DNA from: an uncultured Candidatus Saccharibacteria bacterium
GTDB lineage: Bacteria; Patescibacteriota; Minisyncoccia; Phycocordibacterales; CAIZLB01
Direction of reading: 5' to 3'
NCBI GenBank assembly: GCA_964520545.1
Contig: CAZFOD010000004.1
Span: 4,844 to 68,843, forward strand
DNA length: 64,000 nucleotides
How positions within the stretch are numbered: the stretch's first letter is position 1; each line of letters begins with the position of its first letter. Made by a program: the position numbers and the translations under genes. Below are positions 49,891 through 59,929 of this stretch, one piece after another. The notes below the pieces were generated by a model, which did not search any database, was not told the DNA's origin, and worked only from the letters and a program-made list of their open reading frames with translations.

Positions 49891-50760
49891 ATGACTACCA
49901 CACCTTACAACTTCATATTCTTTGGTACATCAGAATTCTCAATCATTGCTCTCGAAATGCTTCGAGGAAGAGGAATAGTTCCACAAGTCATAGTTACAAC
50001 ACCGGACAGACCACAAGGACGCAAACTCATCATGACTCCACCGCCCGCAAAGATATGGGCAGGAAAAAACGGTGTAGACGTTCTTCAGTTTGAAAAACTT
50101 GATAACGAGGCTGTTGAAGTGCTCACATCGCTAAAAGCAGATTTCTTCGTTGTCGCTTCCTACGGAAAGATCATTCCGCAAACAATTCTCGATATTCCAC
50201 AAAAGGGCGCTCTTAACATCCACCCTTCTCTTCTCCCACATTACCGTGGTGCATCTCCACTTCAATCCATGATACTCGCCGATGATGCAAAAGTTGGCGT
50301 AACGATCATACGAATGGATGCTCAAATGGATCATGGACCAATCATTGCAAAAAGAGAGATAGAAATTACCAATTGGCCACCAAGTGTCACAGAACTTGAA
50401 CATGTTCTTGCAATTGCAGGTGCACAACTTCTAGCCGACAACCTCGATGCATATCTTGATGGCACACTTGTAGGTGAAGAACAAGAACATGAAAAGGCTA
50501 CCTTTACCAAAAAGATATCTAAAGGAGACGGCCTTCTCGATATTATCGACCAAACTCCAACGAATGCCCGTACTTCATATTTAAAATTCCAAGCTTTCCA
50601 TGGATGGCCAGGAACTTATTTCTTTACCGAGAGAAAGGGAAAGAATATTAGAGTAGCAATCAAAGAAGCTAAATTCGAAGACGACAAATTTGTCATAGTC
50701 GAAGTTACACCTGAAGGTGGAAAGCAGATGTCTTACGAAGAATTTCTTCGAGGCTGCTAA
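49891..50760 (+). CDS. fmt: methionyl-tRNA formyltransferase
   Basis: FFGTSEF, NIHPSLLPHYRGASP, MDHGP. Confidence 0.97.
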   Translation: MTTTPYNFIFFGTSEFSIIALEMLRGRGIVPQVIVTTPDRPQGRKLIMTPPPAKIWAGKNGVDVLQFEKLDNEAVEVLTSLKADFFVVASYGKIIPQTILDIPQKGALNIHPSLLPHYRGASPLQSMILADDAKVGVTIIRMDAQMDHGPIIAKREIEITNWPPSVTELEHVLAIAGAQLLADNLDAYLDGTLVGEEQEHEKATFTKKISKGDGLLDIIDQTPTNARTSYLKFQAFHGWPGTYFFTERKGKNIRVAIKEAKFEDDKFVIVEVTPEGGKQMSYEEFLRGC

Positions 50761-51120
50761 TTACTTTCCTGAAATACCCTTAAGAAGATCTTTGATCTTC
50801 TGTCCCCCTCTTTTCCATAGTGTTTGTTTCTTATCCTTTCGAGAAGAAAGGATATCCTGCAATTCATCACGGGCAACATCAATTGATGAATATAAATCTA
50901 CTTCTTCGGCAGAGGCTCTTACGAAGTCTCCATTTACGGTGACATTGAGGTGTGTACTGAAAATGTCTCCAGATCGATGATGATTCGTCGTTTTACCAAG
51001 TTCGGCTTCGACTATTGCATTTTCGTCAAGAAACTTCTCAATTCCCTGTAAACGCTTATCAAGATATTCCTGGATTGCAGGAGTAATCTCGATGTGGGTT
51101 CCTTTTGTTATAGTCTTCAT
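50761..51120 (-). CDS. hpf: ribosome hibernation factor HPF/RaiA
   Basis: IEITPAIQEY...DLYSSID. Confidence 0.9.
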   Translation of the reverse strand: MKTITKGTHIEITPAIQEYLDKRLQGIEKFLDENAIVEAELGKTTNHHRSGDIFSTHLNVTVNGDFVRASAEEVDLYSSIDVARDELQDILSSRKDKKQTLWKRGGQKIKDLLKGISGK

Positions 51121-51191
51121 ACCTTAAGTATATCAAATATTCAAAAATATTTATCTACCACATCTGTGGCATCAATATGAATACCCCTAGC

Positions 51192-52175
51192 TTAAGGCTG
51201 CAATATATCCTCAGATTTTCCGTTTATAGAAATGACAACGGACTTTACAGAGGCAAATTGTTTCAGAGTCTGTTCAATCTGTGATCGAATTGATGTCACA
51301 AGACATGACCCACCCACACGTTCATCAAGCGCTTCATTAAAATCAGCGCGGGCTACTCCATTTGTAATGGTAAGACTATTTAACTTTGTTCCGGATTTCA
51401 AACTTGTTGAGAATCCATCGGACTTCTCATTTGCAGCAGGACCCTTAAGTAATTCTTCAATAGCAGCTTTTCCTGTTGATGTTGTTTTTGGGATTGATCG
51501 TGTTACTGGATATACCTTAGTACAATCCGTATTCTGAACTCCTGCCATTAAGACATTTGTAAAGTATGCTTTCACACTGATATTAGAAACGCTCGAGGTT
51601 GCAAATTTTACAGGAATGACAATTTGTCTGTCGTTTTCAGGAAGACCAGATGGATTGTCGTTACGCAATACCAAATATCCTGCTGAAGTCTCGGGTGGAG
51701 AAAACGTAACAATCTCAGAGAAAGGAACAAAATTTAATGTCATCCAATCGCCATCAGCCTGCACGGGAAAAACGACAATTTTCTTTCCGTTTGAATCTTC
51801 GATCCAACCTCCGAAAGATGCTTCAAAGTACCAACCTCCCTTAGCCTCCCCCTTCAAGTCAAAGCCACTTGATATGGTTTGATTTGGAGTTGGAGTTTGA
51901 ACTCGAATCAAATCTGAAACATTTGGACTACTCACAGGTGCATTACTAGTCGTCGGCGCAGTAGTTGTTGCAACAGTGTGGACAAAATTCCTCCCATCAG
52001 GAGTATGACATTGCTCTGGGTATGTTTCTAGTACTGGATATCCAGCAGCCACACACTCCTCGTACGTACCAACAGAAACAACTCGCTCTGAATCCTTGTT
52101 CCTAAACGCTAAAGCAACCGCACTGGCTAATATAACGAGTACAATTACCCCCAAAACATATGGTGTTGTCTTCAT
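51192..52175 (-). CDS. exported Gmad2 Ig-like + GerMN domain protein
   Basis: ECVAAGYPV..YPEQC, WYFEASF, DNPSG, QIEQTLKQF. Confidence 0.85.
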   Translation of the reverse strand: MKTTPYVLGVIVLVILASAVALAFRNKDSERVVSVGTYEECVAAGYPVLETYPEQCHTPDGRNFVHTVATTTAPTTSNAPVSSPNVSDLIRVQTPTPNQTISSGFDLKGEAKGGWYFEASFGGWIEDSNGKKIVVFPVQADGDWMTLNFVPFSEIVTFSPPETSAGYLVLRNDNPSGLPENDRQIVIPVKFATSSVSNISVKAYFTNVLMAGVQNTDCTKVYPVTRSIPKTTSTGKAAIEELLKGPAANEKSDGFSTSLKSGTKLNSLTITNGVARADFNEALDERVGGSCLVTSIRSQIEQTLKQFASVKSVVISINGKSEDILQP

Positions 52176-52260
52176 ATATCGTAAGCCGAACGAAGCCCCA
52201 CTACATTACAGCAATAAAAGGGGTATAATATATACGTTAGTACCTAACCAACATTCATAT

Positions 52261-53025
52261 ATGAAATCTACAATATATACAGCTCTTGGGGCCATAGCAC
52301 TCATTACTCTGACAACAGCTCCTGTATCTGCAGAAACAAGAGCATCAATTAAGACAAATGTCCGCGTCAGTGCATCATCCACTGCAACAATTAGATCCGA
52401 AGCACATGATTTCAAAGAAATCAAAAGGGAGGGAAGATCAAATGCAGCTGAAATACGAGCAACAACTACCGCGAGCTCAACCGCTGTTCGTGCTGCCTTG
52501 AAAGAAAACAGGCAGCATGTGTTTGAAGCTATGAAAGTTAACAAAGAGGAATTAAAGTCTGCGATTGAAACGAGAAAATCAGAACTCATGGACAGAGTAA
52601 AAAACATGATATCTGAGAAGAAGAAGCGTCTTGAAAGCAAGTCAGTTGAAAAAGTTACAAACAGACTCACAAAGATTTTTAATGAGCTCAGTGACAAAAT
52701 ATCAAGACTAGACAGTGTTGATGCAAAAGTTGCAACTCGAATGAACGATGCAACAACGGCAGGGGCAAATATTTCGTCAACAACCTCATTGTATCTTGAA
52801 GCTCAAACATCTCTTACAAAGACAAAAGCAGATGTTGAAGCCGCGCATGCTACAGCTCTCGCACAAGTAGCAACAACAACATCTAAGGAAGTAATTAGTG
52901 ATTTGCTACGTGTCGCCAAAGAAAGCATCCAGTCAACAGCACAAGCGTATAGAAAGGTTGTTAAATCCCTCCGTGCAGAATATCCACAAGGACAAGCGTC
53001 AACATCTATTAAGTCAGAGATATAA
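52261..53025 (+). CDS. secreted long helical/coiled-coil protein
   Basis: Signal peptide from ATG 52261; Ala/Lys/Thr-rich helical body. Confidence 0.7.
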   Translation: MKSTIYTALGAIALITLTTAPVSAETRASIKTNVRVSASSTATIRSEAHDFKEIKREGRSNAAEIRATTTASSTAVRAALKENRQHVFEAMKVNKEELKSAIETRKSELMDRVKNMISEKKKRLESKSVEKVTNRLTKIFNELSDKISRLDSVDAKVATRMNDATTAGANISSTTSLYLEAQTSLTKTKADVEAAHATALAQVATTTSKEVISDLLRVAKESIQSTAQAYRKVVKSLRAEYPQGQASTSIKSEI

Positions 53026-53038
53026 TTAATATACACAT

Positions 53039-53350
53039 ATGGAACCAAACAATCCCCCATCATTTACAGGCATGGATGTAAATAAAATAAACCAAACACA
53101 ACCTACTGGAAACGGTACGGGAAAGATCGTCGCCGTCATTGTTGCTATTCTCCTTCTTGCTGGTATTGCCTATGCAGGCTGGATATATGTGAAGAACAAT
53201 AATGTTGTAGAGAAAGATGCTGCAATGCAGCAAGTGGAAGTTAAACAAACGGCAACCACTTCACAATCTGACAGTCTTGATGTCGACCTCGACTATTCAG
53301 GAAACATTGATTACAGCCAAGATGCAGCTGAGATAGATAAGGAATTTTAG
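53039..53350 (+). CDS. small bitopic protein with acidic tail
   Basis: Single TM, D-rich C-terminus. Confidence 0.7.
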   Translation: MEPNNPPSFTGMDVNKINQTQPTGNGTGKIVAVIVAILLLAGIAYAGWIYVKNNNVVEKDAAMQQVEVKQTATTSQSDSLDVDLDYSGNIDYSQDAAEIDKEF

Positions 53351-53427
53351 TTATTTAAATAAAAAAACTGACCCCGTCTTGCGCAATTGCAAGGCGGGGT
53401 CATTTGGTTTTTGTGCTGGGTTTGTCC

Positions 53428-54306
53428 TTAGGCCTCAGCGAGCACCTCAGCTTCCTGGGGCACATCGCCTTCCGTGCGATCCATCCCCGCGGCAATGTCC
53501 GTGAAGACGTTGTTGCAGGGGAAGAAGGCACTCAAGGCCACGTCGTTCGGGCGGACTTCGATGAGGAAGTTGCCGCCCGAGAACTCCAGACTCCGAGTCG
53601 CCAGTTTGCTCAACCGACCCTCCGCAATCCGGCGGCCTTTCCCCCCACCCTTCCGACGTTCAAAGACGCGGAGGAAGAGGTTACCGTCGGTCACCAACAC
53701 CTGATGCATCGGCAGCGGTGTTGGAGGAGGCAATTCTTCCATCACGTGAGGCACGACGACGGGTTCAGTCTTCACTTTCGGGGGCCGTGGCGCCTTTTCA
53801 GGTCCGTTGGGCTTGGGAAGCGACACCTCGCGATGCTTCGCCTTCCAGGGTCCGCTGCCGCGCTGTTTGAAACGTGGCGGCCTGAAACCCGGCTTCTCCG
53901 AACGCTTTGCCGGCGCAGACGCAGGCAGAGCTTCCGACTTGACCGGGGCCTCCTCCTGGGGCACCACTGGCACTTGAGGCTTTACGGCCGCGGGCTGTTC
54001 CCGGAGAACGTAAGTAGGGTTGCACCACATGTCGTAGTTCGCCCATGCGATAGCGACCGTCTCACCGTTTTTGACCTGATCGATCTGGCAAGCAATCTTG
54101 GTCCCAGGCTCGATCAAAGCGGGTTTGTCCCTCACGTCGGTGAAGACGTGGTTTCCTCCACAACTCACGAACCGCCGCCGGTTCGCGAATGGGAGCTTGA
54201 TTTTGAGAGGGTCGCCTTCGACCGACTTTGCAACTGCGAAACCACCCTTTGGAAGGATGGATACAATGCTCACAAGGAGCACATTTGGACTGACATTGTA
54301 TTTCAT
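53428..54306 (-). CDS. orphan GC-rich protein with Pro/Lys-rich central linker
   Basis: 292 aa; own promoter near 54390..54417, hairpin leader, terminator 53361..53405. Confidence 0.65.
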   Translation of the reverse strand: MKYNVSPNVLLVSIVSILPKGGFAVAKSVEGDPLKIKLPFANRRRFVSCGGNHVFTDVRDKPALIEPGTKIACQIDQVKNGETVAIAWANYDMWCNPTYVLREQPAAVKPQVPVVPQEEAPVKSEALPASAPAKRSEKPGFRPPRFKQRGSGPWKAKHREVSLPKPNGPEKAPRPPKVKTEPVVVPHVMEELPPPTPLPMHQVLVTDGNLFLRVFERRKGGGKGRRIAEGRLSKLATRSLEFSGGNFLIEVRPNDVALSAFFPCNNVFTDIAAGMDRTEGDVPQEAEVLAEA

Positions 54307-54427
54307 GATCTGAATACTGCTGGTTTTTGGTTTTTTGGACTACATTCAGCGTCTTCCTCGCCTACGTGGCAAAGGTACTGAAGTGGTTATATTATACCAC
54401 GTTTGCTTAAAAAAGCAAGCGGTTAAA

Positions 54428-55042
54428 TTAGGCCTTTTTGGGCCATTCTTCTAGCCTTCCGGCGCGAATTTCCATATGGTCCGCCTTGCGTATATACCTC
54501 TTATTCTCCTTAGGATATATGTCGAGATGTTTAAGCTGATCGAGTTCCCAAGGAATGTCCCATAGGTCTTCTGCGGCGGTTACCCAATCCTCCCCTAGCC
54601 TTTTTAAATTAAATGGATTTGTGTAGCTACTTAGTGTTTTCTTGCCTGTCTGGTTTATGAAATATTCATGGAAGTATGATGCGACAAGTTCTCTGATTGT
54701 TTTATGGATAGGATCTCGATGTCGGAGTACCGCATGGTTGGTTTTACTGATTGCTCCCCAATATCCGTTTTTCTTGTACAAGGTAACAACATGATCTGTA
54801 TCTCCTGGAGCCTTGAGATCGAGTATGAGTGGTTCTTCACCATTAATCCAAAGTGCAGTGGCAGCAAGCAGGGCACCTTCGAGGCAGTGAGCTTTGCGAG
54901 TTTGTAAAACTTTGCGTGGCGACATATATGTCTCCCCATCTTCTTCAAGATTAAATTCCAATGTATCGAGAAAGTCTTGTATCCTATGTGGAGTATTCAA
55001 TTTCTTCAATACCTTCAATTCCCCTTTGGTAAGACCGAGCAT
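54428..55042 (-). CDS. transglutaminase-like conserved protein
   Basis: AHCLEGA, DHVV, WGAISKTNH. Confidence 0.75.
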   Translation of the reverse strand: MLGLTKGELKVLKKLNTPHRIQDFLDTLEFNLEEDGETYMSPRKVLQTRKAHCLEGALLAATALWINGEEPLILDLKAPGDTDHVVTLYKKNGYWGAISKTNHAVLRHRDPIHKTIRELVASYFHEYFINQTGKKTLSSYTNPFNLKRLGEDWVTAAEDLWDIPWELDQLKHLDIYPKENKRYIRKADHMEIRAGRLEEWPKKA

Positions 55043-55043
55043 A

Positions 55044-55946
55044 CTACTTGAAGATTAGGAGTAAATAATTATTTATATCCCTCTGGTCGAGATCGTAAAA
55101 CTTTTTATTCTCACCGTGTAGTCTTGTAGCGAGGTCAACTCCAACAAAACGCCAATGCCATGGTTCGTATACGTAGTAACTGTTTCCTTTTGGATATGAA
55201 AGTATGAATCCATACTTATGTGCATTGTTCATGAGCCATGTGAATTCAGCAGTCGAGTCGAATGCGTTAAAATTATCCCCTGTTGTAGGTGTTGTGAAAT
55301 CAATGGTTGTTCCAAGCTGATGTTCTGAATATCCTTGATCAGCAGAAAACTTGTTAGCTGTACCCGCACCGTATGTAACTTTGTATGAAGACTTAAGGGA
55401 GGATTGCGTGTTAAAAGATCGATATGCAGATATTATCTTAAGCTGCTTCCCTTCTTGCGCAGCTCCTTTAATCATTCGCTCGAGAAATGGATACATTTGA
55501 AAATGCACCTGCATTGATGATTCTTTGTTGAAGAGGTATTCAGTTGGAATACTTGCAAGGCTTGATGGTACATAGTTTTCATTTAGGAAATATACCTTTG
55601 AATATTTCTCCAAGAGTTTAGGGTCACTTTTGCTTAATTGATCGAGGGTTCCGACTGCATCATTCACCTTACCAAGCTGTGCTGCAAAAGCTTCATTTCT
55701 AAAAACTTCATTCTGAACCGTATCACTTAGTGCATTGTTTTGATTACTTAGCTGCGAGAGAACAATATACAAGCCATCAAGAGCGGCAGAACTTGATGCA
55801 ATGGATTGCTTTGTCTCCTCAAGTGACGCATTCACTTCTCTAATACGGAATTCACTGTATCCGACAATAGCAGCAACAAGGAGTACCAACTCTACAAGCC
55901 GAACAATGTCCCACCGGTCAATAAATGTACGGAGATTTATATTCAT
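55044..55946 (-). CDS. D-Ala-D-Ala carboxypeptidase (M15B/VanY) with TM and coiled coil
   Basis: SAYRS, SEHQLG..ID, YEPWHWRF. Confidence 0.93.
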   Translation of the reverse strand: MNINLRTFIDRWDIVRLVELVLLVAAIVGYSEFRIREVNASLEETKQSIASSSAALDGLYIVLSQLSNQNNALSDTVQNEVFRNEAFAAQLGKVNDAVGTLDQLSKSDPKLLEKYSKVYFLNENYVPSSLASIPTEYLFNKESSMQVHFQMYPFLERMIKGAAQEGKQLKIISAYRSFNTQSSLKSSYKVTYGAGTANKFSADQGYSEHQLGTTIDFTTPTTGDNFNAFDSTAEFTWLMNNAHKYGFILSYPKGNSYYVYEPWHWRFVGVDLATRLHGENKKFYDLDQRDINNYLLLIFK

Positions 55947-55978
55947 TGCGATATTTTATCACGTTTCTTACAAGGTCT

Positions 55979-56518
55979 CTATTTCATCAAACCCTCAAGT
56001 ATGCCGTTTGGAGTAACCTTAAGTAGAGTGACAGCACCCACTGATGGTTGTGCAGTCATTGGCTCCCCCGCTTTTCGTTCTGCGTAGTTTATATGCAACT
56101 CCGACTCATGTATTTCATTGTTTTGGGGAGCAATTCTGTCTCCTATGAGAAACGCATTGGTCATTTTGTATCCATCGTTAGTTTTCAGAGCAACGACAGC
56201 GTAGTAAAAAAGACCAGTACCCCCACCATCTTGAGTAATGAGGAATGCAATATCATTCTTGTTATCAAAGTTTAAATCTCCAGTGACATCATTACCAAAG
56301 TATCTTGTTGTAATTACAGATGCAGACCCTGGTGCAACTGGAACTTTTGATTCACCATTAACCAAAGTATACGGAACACCATCAATCTCGTATGTTGCAT
56401 TTTTAGGATCAAATGCAGCTGGAGTAACAACAGGTTGTTTATTCCAATCCCTAGAGAAAAGAATTGCAGTCACTACGACGGCAATGAGAAGCACCAGCAA
56501 AATTATCTTGTTTTTCAT
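55979..56518 (-). CDS. exported hypothetical protein
   Basis: KNATYEID, GDLNFD, GGGTGLFYY, IGDRI. Confidence 0.75.
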   Translation of the reverse strand: MKNKIILLVLLIAVVVTAILFSRDWNKQPVVTPAAFDPKNATYEIDGVPYTLVNGESKVPVAPGSASVITTRYFGNDVTGDLNFDNKNDIAFLITQDGGGTGLFYYAVVALKTNDGYKMTNAFLIGDRIAPQNNEIHESELHINYAERKAGEPMTAQPSVGAVTLLKVTPNGILEGLMK

Positions 56519-56872
56519 GCGCTATATTATACACCCCCATCCCTTTTTTTATGCAATCTCTGTATTTAAAACCATCACATTAATATGAGGTGAGGTTTTG
56601 TCTCATATTGTCCACATACTACGACACACAATTAAACTTGTATGTTGTCAAAACAAGCGTACTATAAATATGTAGCAAAGATATCTAATTACTGGTACAT
56701 ATTAGACCAAATAAATTCGGGAGTCGGCTGTGGCATCTTCTAACCAATCACAGCGGAAGATCTAGATAGTGTACTCTAAGACATTGCTTTGCTTCAACGA
56801 GTTTCAAAACTCGGTGGAAGTAAACACCCTACGTGTCTTTACTTGGTTTATAAAATCTAAAAAAATAAATAT

Positions 56873-57541
56873 ATGACAAACAAAATGACTCTTAAGGCGT
56901 CTACTCGTTTTGTATTTGCTGCTGGTCTCATGACTACAGCTCTTGCAATCGCAGTTCTCCCTTCAATTACACGTGCAGATACCCTCTATCGACAGCTACA
57001 ACTTGGAATGTCTGGTGGCGATGTTTCAACACTTCAAACATTTCTTGCTAAAGATACTTCAATATATCCTCAGGGACTTGTGACAGGATACTTCGGATCA
57101 CTCACAAAGTCAGGTGTCGTGAATTTCCAGGTTAGAAATGGAATCTCTCCTGTTGGACGAGTTGGACCACAGACACTTGCTGTCATTAACTCACAAATGG
57201 GCGGCCTAGTTACAGGAAACGACCAGCGATCTCCAACGATTAGTGGTGTAAATCTAAATGTCTCAGCTTCAACAGCAACTGTTGCATGGAATACAGATGA
57301 AAATTCATCAGGTCTCTTGTACTACAGCACATCTCCACTTTCACTTAGTGAAGGAAGTGAGACAGCTGCGATTACGGTTTATGGAACTTCAGTAATTGCC
57401 AACATCAATCTTCAATCAATGCACAGCACTACTGTGACTGGTCTCCAGGCGAATACGACATACTACTACCTAGTATATTCTCGTGATAACGCTGGAAATG
57501 AAAGCATTTCATGGCCATCAACCTTCCGTACTTCAAACTAA
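56873..57541 (+). CDS. secreted peptidoglycan-binding + FN3-like protein, paralogue 1
   Basis: GMSGGDVSTLQTFL...GYFGSLT...FQ...GRVGPQT; GLQANTTYYY; terminator 57557..57590. Confidence 0.85.
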   Translation: MTNKMTLKASTRFVFAAGLMTTALAIAVLPSITRADTLYRQLQLGMSGGDVSTLQTFLAKDTSIYPQGLVTGYFGSLTKSGVVNFQVRNGISPVGRVGPQTLAVINSQMGGLVTGNDQRSPTISGVNLNVSASTATVAWNTDENSSGLLYYSTSPLSLSEGSETAAITVYGTSVIANINLQSMHSTTVTGLQANTTYYYLVYSRDNAGNESISWPSTFRTSN

Positions 57542-57601
57542 ATACGGATACAGGTACAACAAAAGCCGACACGCGTCGGCTTTTTTGTTTGCACACTTTG
57601 C

Positions 57602-57757
57602 TTAGAAACCTAATCCGGCAAGTCTTAGAAGCCAAATGATGACGACAACGACTAGAACAATCTGTACTGGCTTTACAATCTGCGCTGGTAAAAGCGGAAG
57701 GAGGTAGGTATATATCACCCAAAGGACAACGATGACGAGGAGGATCTGTAATATCAT
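57602..57757 (-). CDS. 51-aa two-helix membrane micro-protein (Thivi_2564-like)
   Basis: Manual translation MILQILLVIVVLWVIYTYLLPLLPAQIVKPVQIVLVVVVIIWLLRLAGLGF; below ORF-track cutoff. Confidence 0.7.
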   Translation of the reverse strand: MILQILLVIVVLWVIYTYLLPLLPAQIVKPVQIVLVVVVIIWLLRLAGLGF

Positions 57758-57898
57758 GAGAATTTTAAATTAAATGGTTACCTCTAGATTGTACCACTAT
57801 ATAATTTTTAATTTACGTAGATTATACCCAATCTTAATGAAGATTAAGTAATTTTGATGAAAATTGTTAATAAATTTGTTATAGTGAAACTATACTCC

Positions 57899-59398
57899 AT
57901 GAGCATTAAAAGATACCTTTCTGTCATAGTCATCGTCGGTCTGCTTGTAAGCTTTTTGCCGACACAAAAAGCAGAGGCAGATACCGTAGTTGGCACTATT
58001 TCTGTTGGATATTTGCCTATAAGCATAGGTACGCTTGGAACTAAAGTTTATGTAGCCAATCTACTCCATGACTCTGTATCAATTATTGATACAGAGAACA
58101 ATAATACGGTTTCAACAATACAAGTTGGTGCCACTCCGTATGCAATAACAACACTGGGTCAAAAGGTGTATGTCGCAAACAACGGTGATGCGACAGTCTC
58201 AATCATTGATACTGCCAATAATAACGCAGTTACTTCAGTTAATGTTGAAAACAGCCCTTACTATATAACCGCATCAAGTACGAAAGTGTATGTGGTGAAT
58301 AATATTGGTAGTGTTTCGATAATTGATACCGCAAATAACAACGCAGTTACAAACATACCAGTTGGAGGGGGTCCTCAGGGTTTAGCTCTTTTGGGAACAA
58401 ATGTCTACGTTGTAGATTCCGCTGGCGGCACAGTTACAGTCATAGATACAGCAAATAACAACGCGACAACGACCGTAAACGTAGGGCAAGCACCCCTTGA
58501 CATCGTTACACTGGGTTCGAAAGTTTATGTGGTTGATAACAACGAAAATCGAATTTCAATTATCGACCCTGGCAATAACAACAATGTCACATCGGTAAAT
58601 GTCGGAAACAGTCCTAGCTACATTACAAAATTAGGAACAAAACTCTATGTAACAAACTATCTCGACAATACGGTCTCAATCATTGATACAGCAAACAATA
58701 ATGCGGTTTCAACTGTCTCAGTGGGCATTGGACCTCAAGCTATTTACGCATTTGGGACAAAAGTGTATGTAGCCAACGTCGATGGTACTGGAAATAAAGT
58801 TTCGATCATCGACACATCGGACGGGGATTCTGTATCTACCGTTACAGTTGGAGCCACGCCTCAAGCTTTTACTAGCCTTGGAACTAAAGTTTATGTAGTA
58901 AATATTAGCAGTAATAATGTTTCCATTATAGAAACAGCGCCTTCTCCAGCCGCCATTGGAGGCTTCTCTACTTCCTACTCCTATGATTATATAAATGGAA
59001 TTTTGACGACAACTACTGGAAACATGGTTTCAACAAGTTCAATTCCAAAAATACTCCCATTCGCTCAAACTCAAGCTACATCATCACCAGCCGTAGCTAC
59101 GACCACACCCCCTACTGTTCAGCCAACACCAGTTCCAGTTCAAGAAAAGTTTTCATTCCTCAAGGATCTTAAATACAAAGACATTGATACTGACGTGCTA
59201 AAGCTTCAACAGTTTCTAAACTCACATGGAGCAACGGTTTCAATTTCTGGTGCAGGATCTATTGGTAAAGAAACAACACTCTTCGGACCGGCAACTCGTG
59301 CTGCTTTGATTAAATTTCAGAAAGCTAATAACATCCGACCTTCAGTGGGATTCTTCGGTCCAATAACTAGAGGAATTGTAAACGCATTGTTACGTTAG
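57899..59398 (+). CDS. secreted YVTN/YncE beta-propeller repeat protein with C-terminal peptidoglycan-binding domain
   Basis: 8 ~40-aa repeats VGxxP...KVYVxN...VSIIDT; Thr/Pro linker; DVLKLQQFLN...FGPAT...GFFGPIT. Confidence 0.9.
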   Translation: MSIKRYLSVIVIVGLLVSFLPTQKAEADTVVGTISVGYLPISIGTLGTKVYVANLLHDSVSIIDTENNNTVSTIQVGATPYAITTLGQKVYVANNGDATVSIIDTANNNAVTSVNVENSPYYITASSTKVYVVNNIGSVSIIDTANNNAVTNIPVGGGPQGLALLGTNVYVVDSAGGTVTVIDTANNNATTTVNVGQAPLDIVTLGSKVYVVDNNENRISIIDPGNNNNVTSVNVGNSPSYITKLGTKLYVTNYLDNTVSIIDTANNNAVSTVSVGIGPQAIYAFGTKVYVANVDGTGNKVSIIDTSDGDSVSTVTVGATPQAFTSLGTKVYVVNISSNNVSIIETAPSPAAIGGFSTSYSYDYINGILTTTTGNMVSTSSIPKILPFAQTQATSSPAVATTTPPTVQPTPVPVQEKFSFLKDLKYKDIDTDVLKLQQFLNSHGATVSISGAGSIGKETTLFGPATRAALIKFQKANNIRPSVGFFGPITRGIVNALLR

Positions 59399-59413
59399 AT
59401 AACAAAATAATTG

Positions 59414-59929
59414 TTACATCTTTCTACTATCATACGCCCAATGGAGTAGGGCTTGTCTTTGAACAGGACGGCACATCTCATCTCCAACTCTGCAGTTATA
59501 TTTAATTTGGTAGATATGTCGACTAACAGCTTTCCACCTTTTAATCTGGCGCTCATCGTCTGGTCCTCGACGACCCATATAATATCGGCAATACCACTGG
59601 AACCATCCTCGGGGATCATCTTTGTAAATCCATCCCTTCTTTTTCCAAACAGAAAGTGACTGACTGGCGTTGACCTTAAAGAAATTTAGGTCGGGATTTC
59701 GCTTGTATATTCCCTCCTCTTGAAACTTTGCCTTTGTAAACCACTCTTTAGGAAACTCTTTAGTACAGTCTCTCATGTACACACCTCCAAACACACCGAG
59801 TGCAAGCATTTCTTGCGGTGTAAAGTCTGGCTTGAATTCAGGATCAAAGTTTTTACCAACAGGCTCTGATATCTCATACACATACCCTTTCTGCATCCGA
59901 TCATTTACCTTAACAGTTTTCTTTCTCAT
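59414..59929 (-). CDS. conserved hypothetical protein
   Basis: TPQEMLALGVFGG, DPRGWFQWYCRYYMGRR, RQALLHWAYD; start overlaps tspO stop (TAATG). Confidence 0.8.
   Translation of the reverse strand: MRKKTVKVNDRMQKGYVYEISEPVGKNFDPEFKPDFTPQEMLALGVFGGVYMRDCTKEFPKEWFTKAKFQEEGIYKRNPDLNFFKVNASQSLSVWKKKGWIYKDDPRGWFQWYCRYYMGRRGPDDERQIKRWKAVSRHIYQIKYNCRVGDEMCRPVQRQALLHWAYDSRKM

Noticed and set aside
53404-54381. 325-aa + strand ORF
   Set aside because: Antisense shadow of GC-rich 53428..54306; promoter, leader and terminator orientation support the minus strand.
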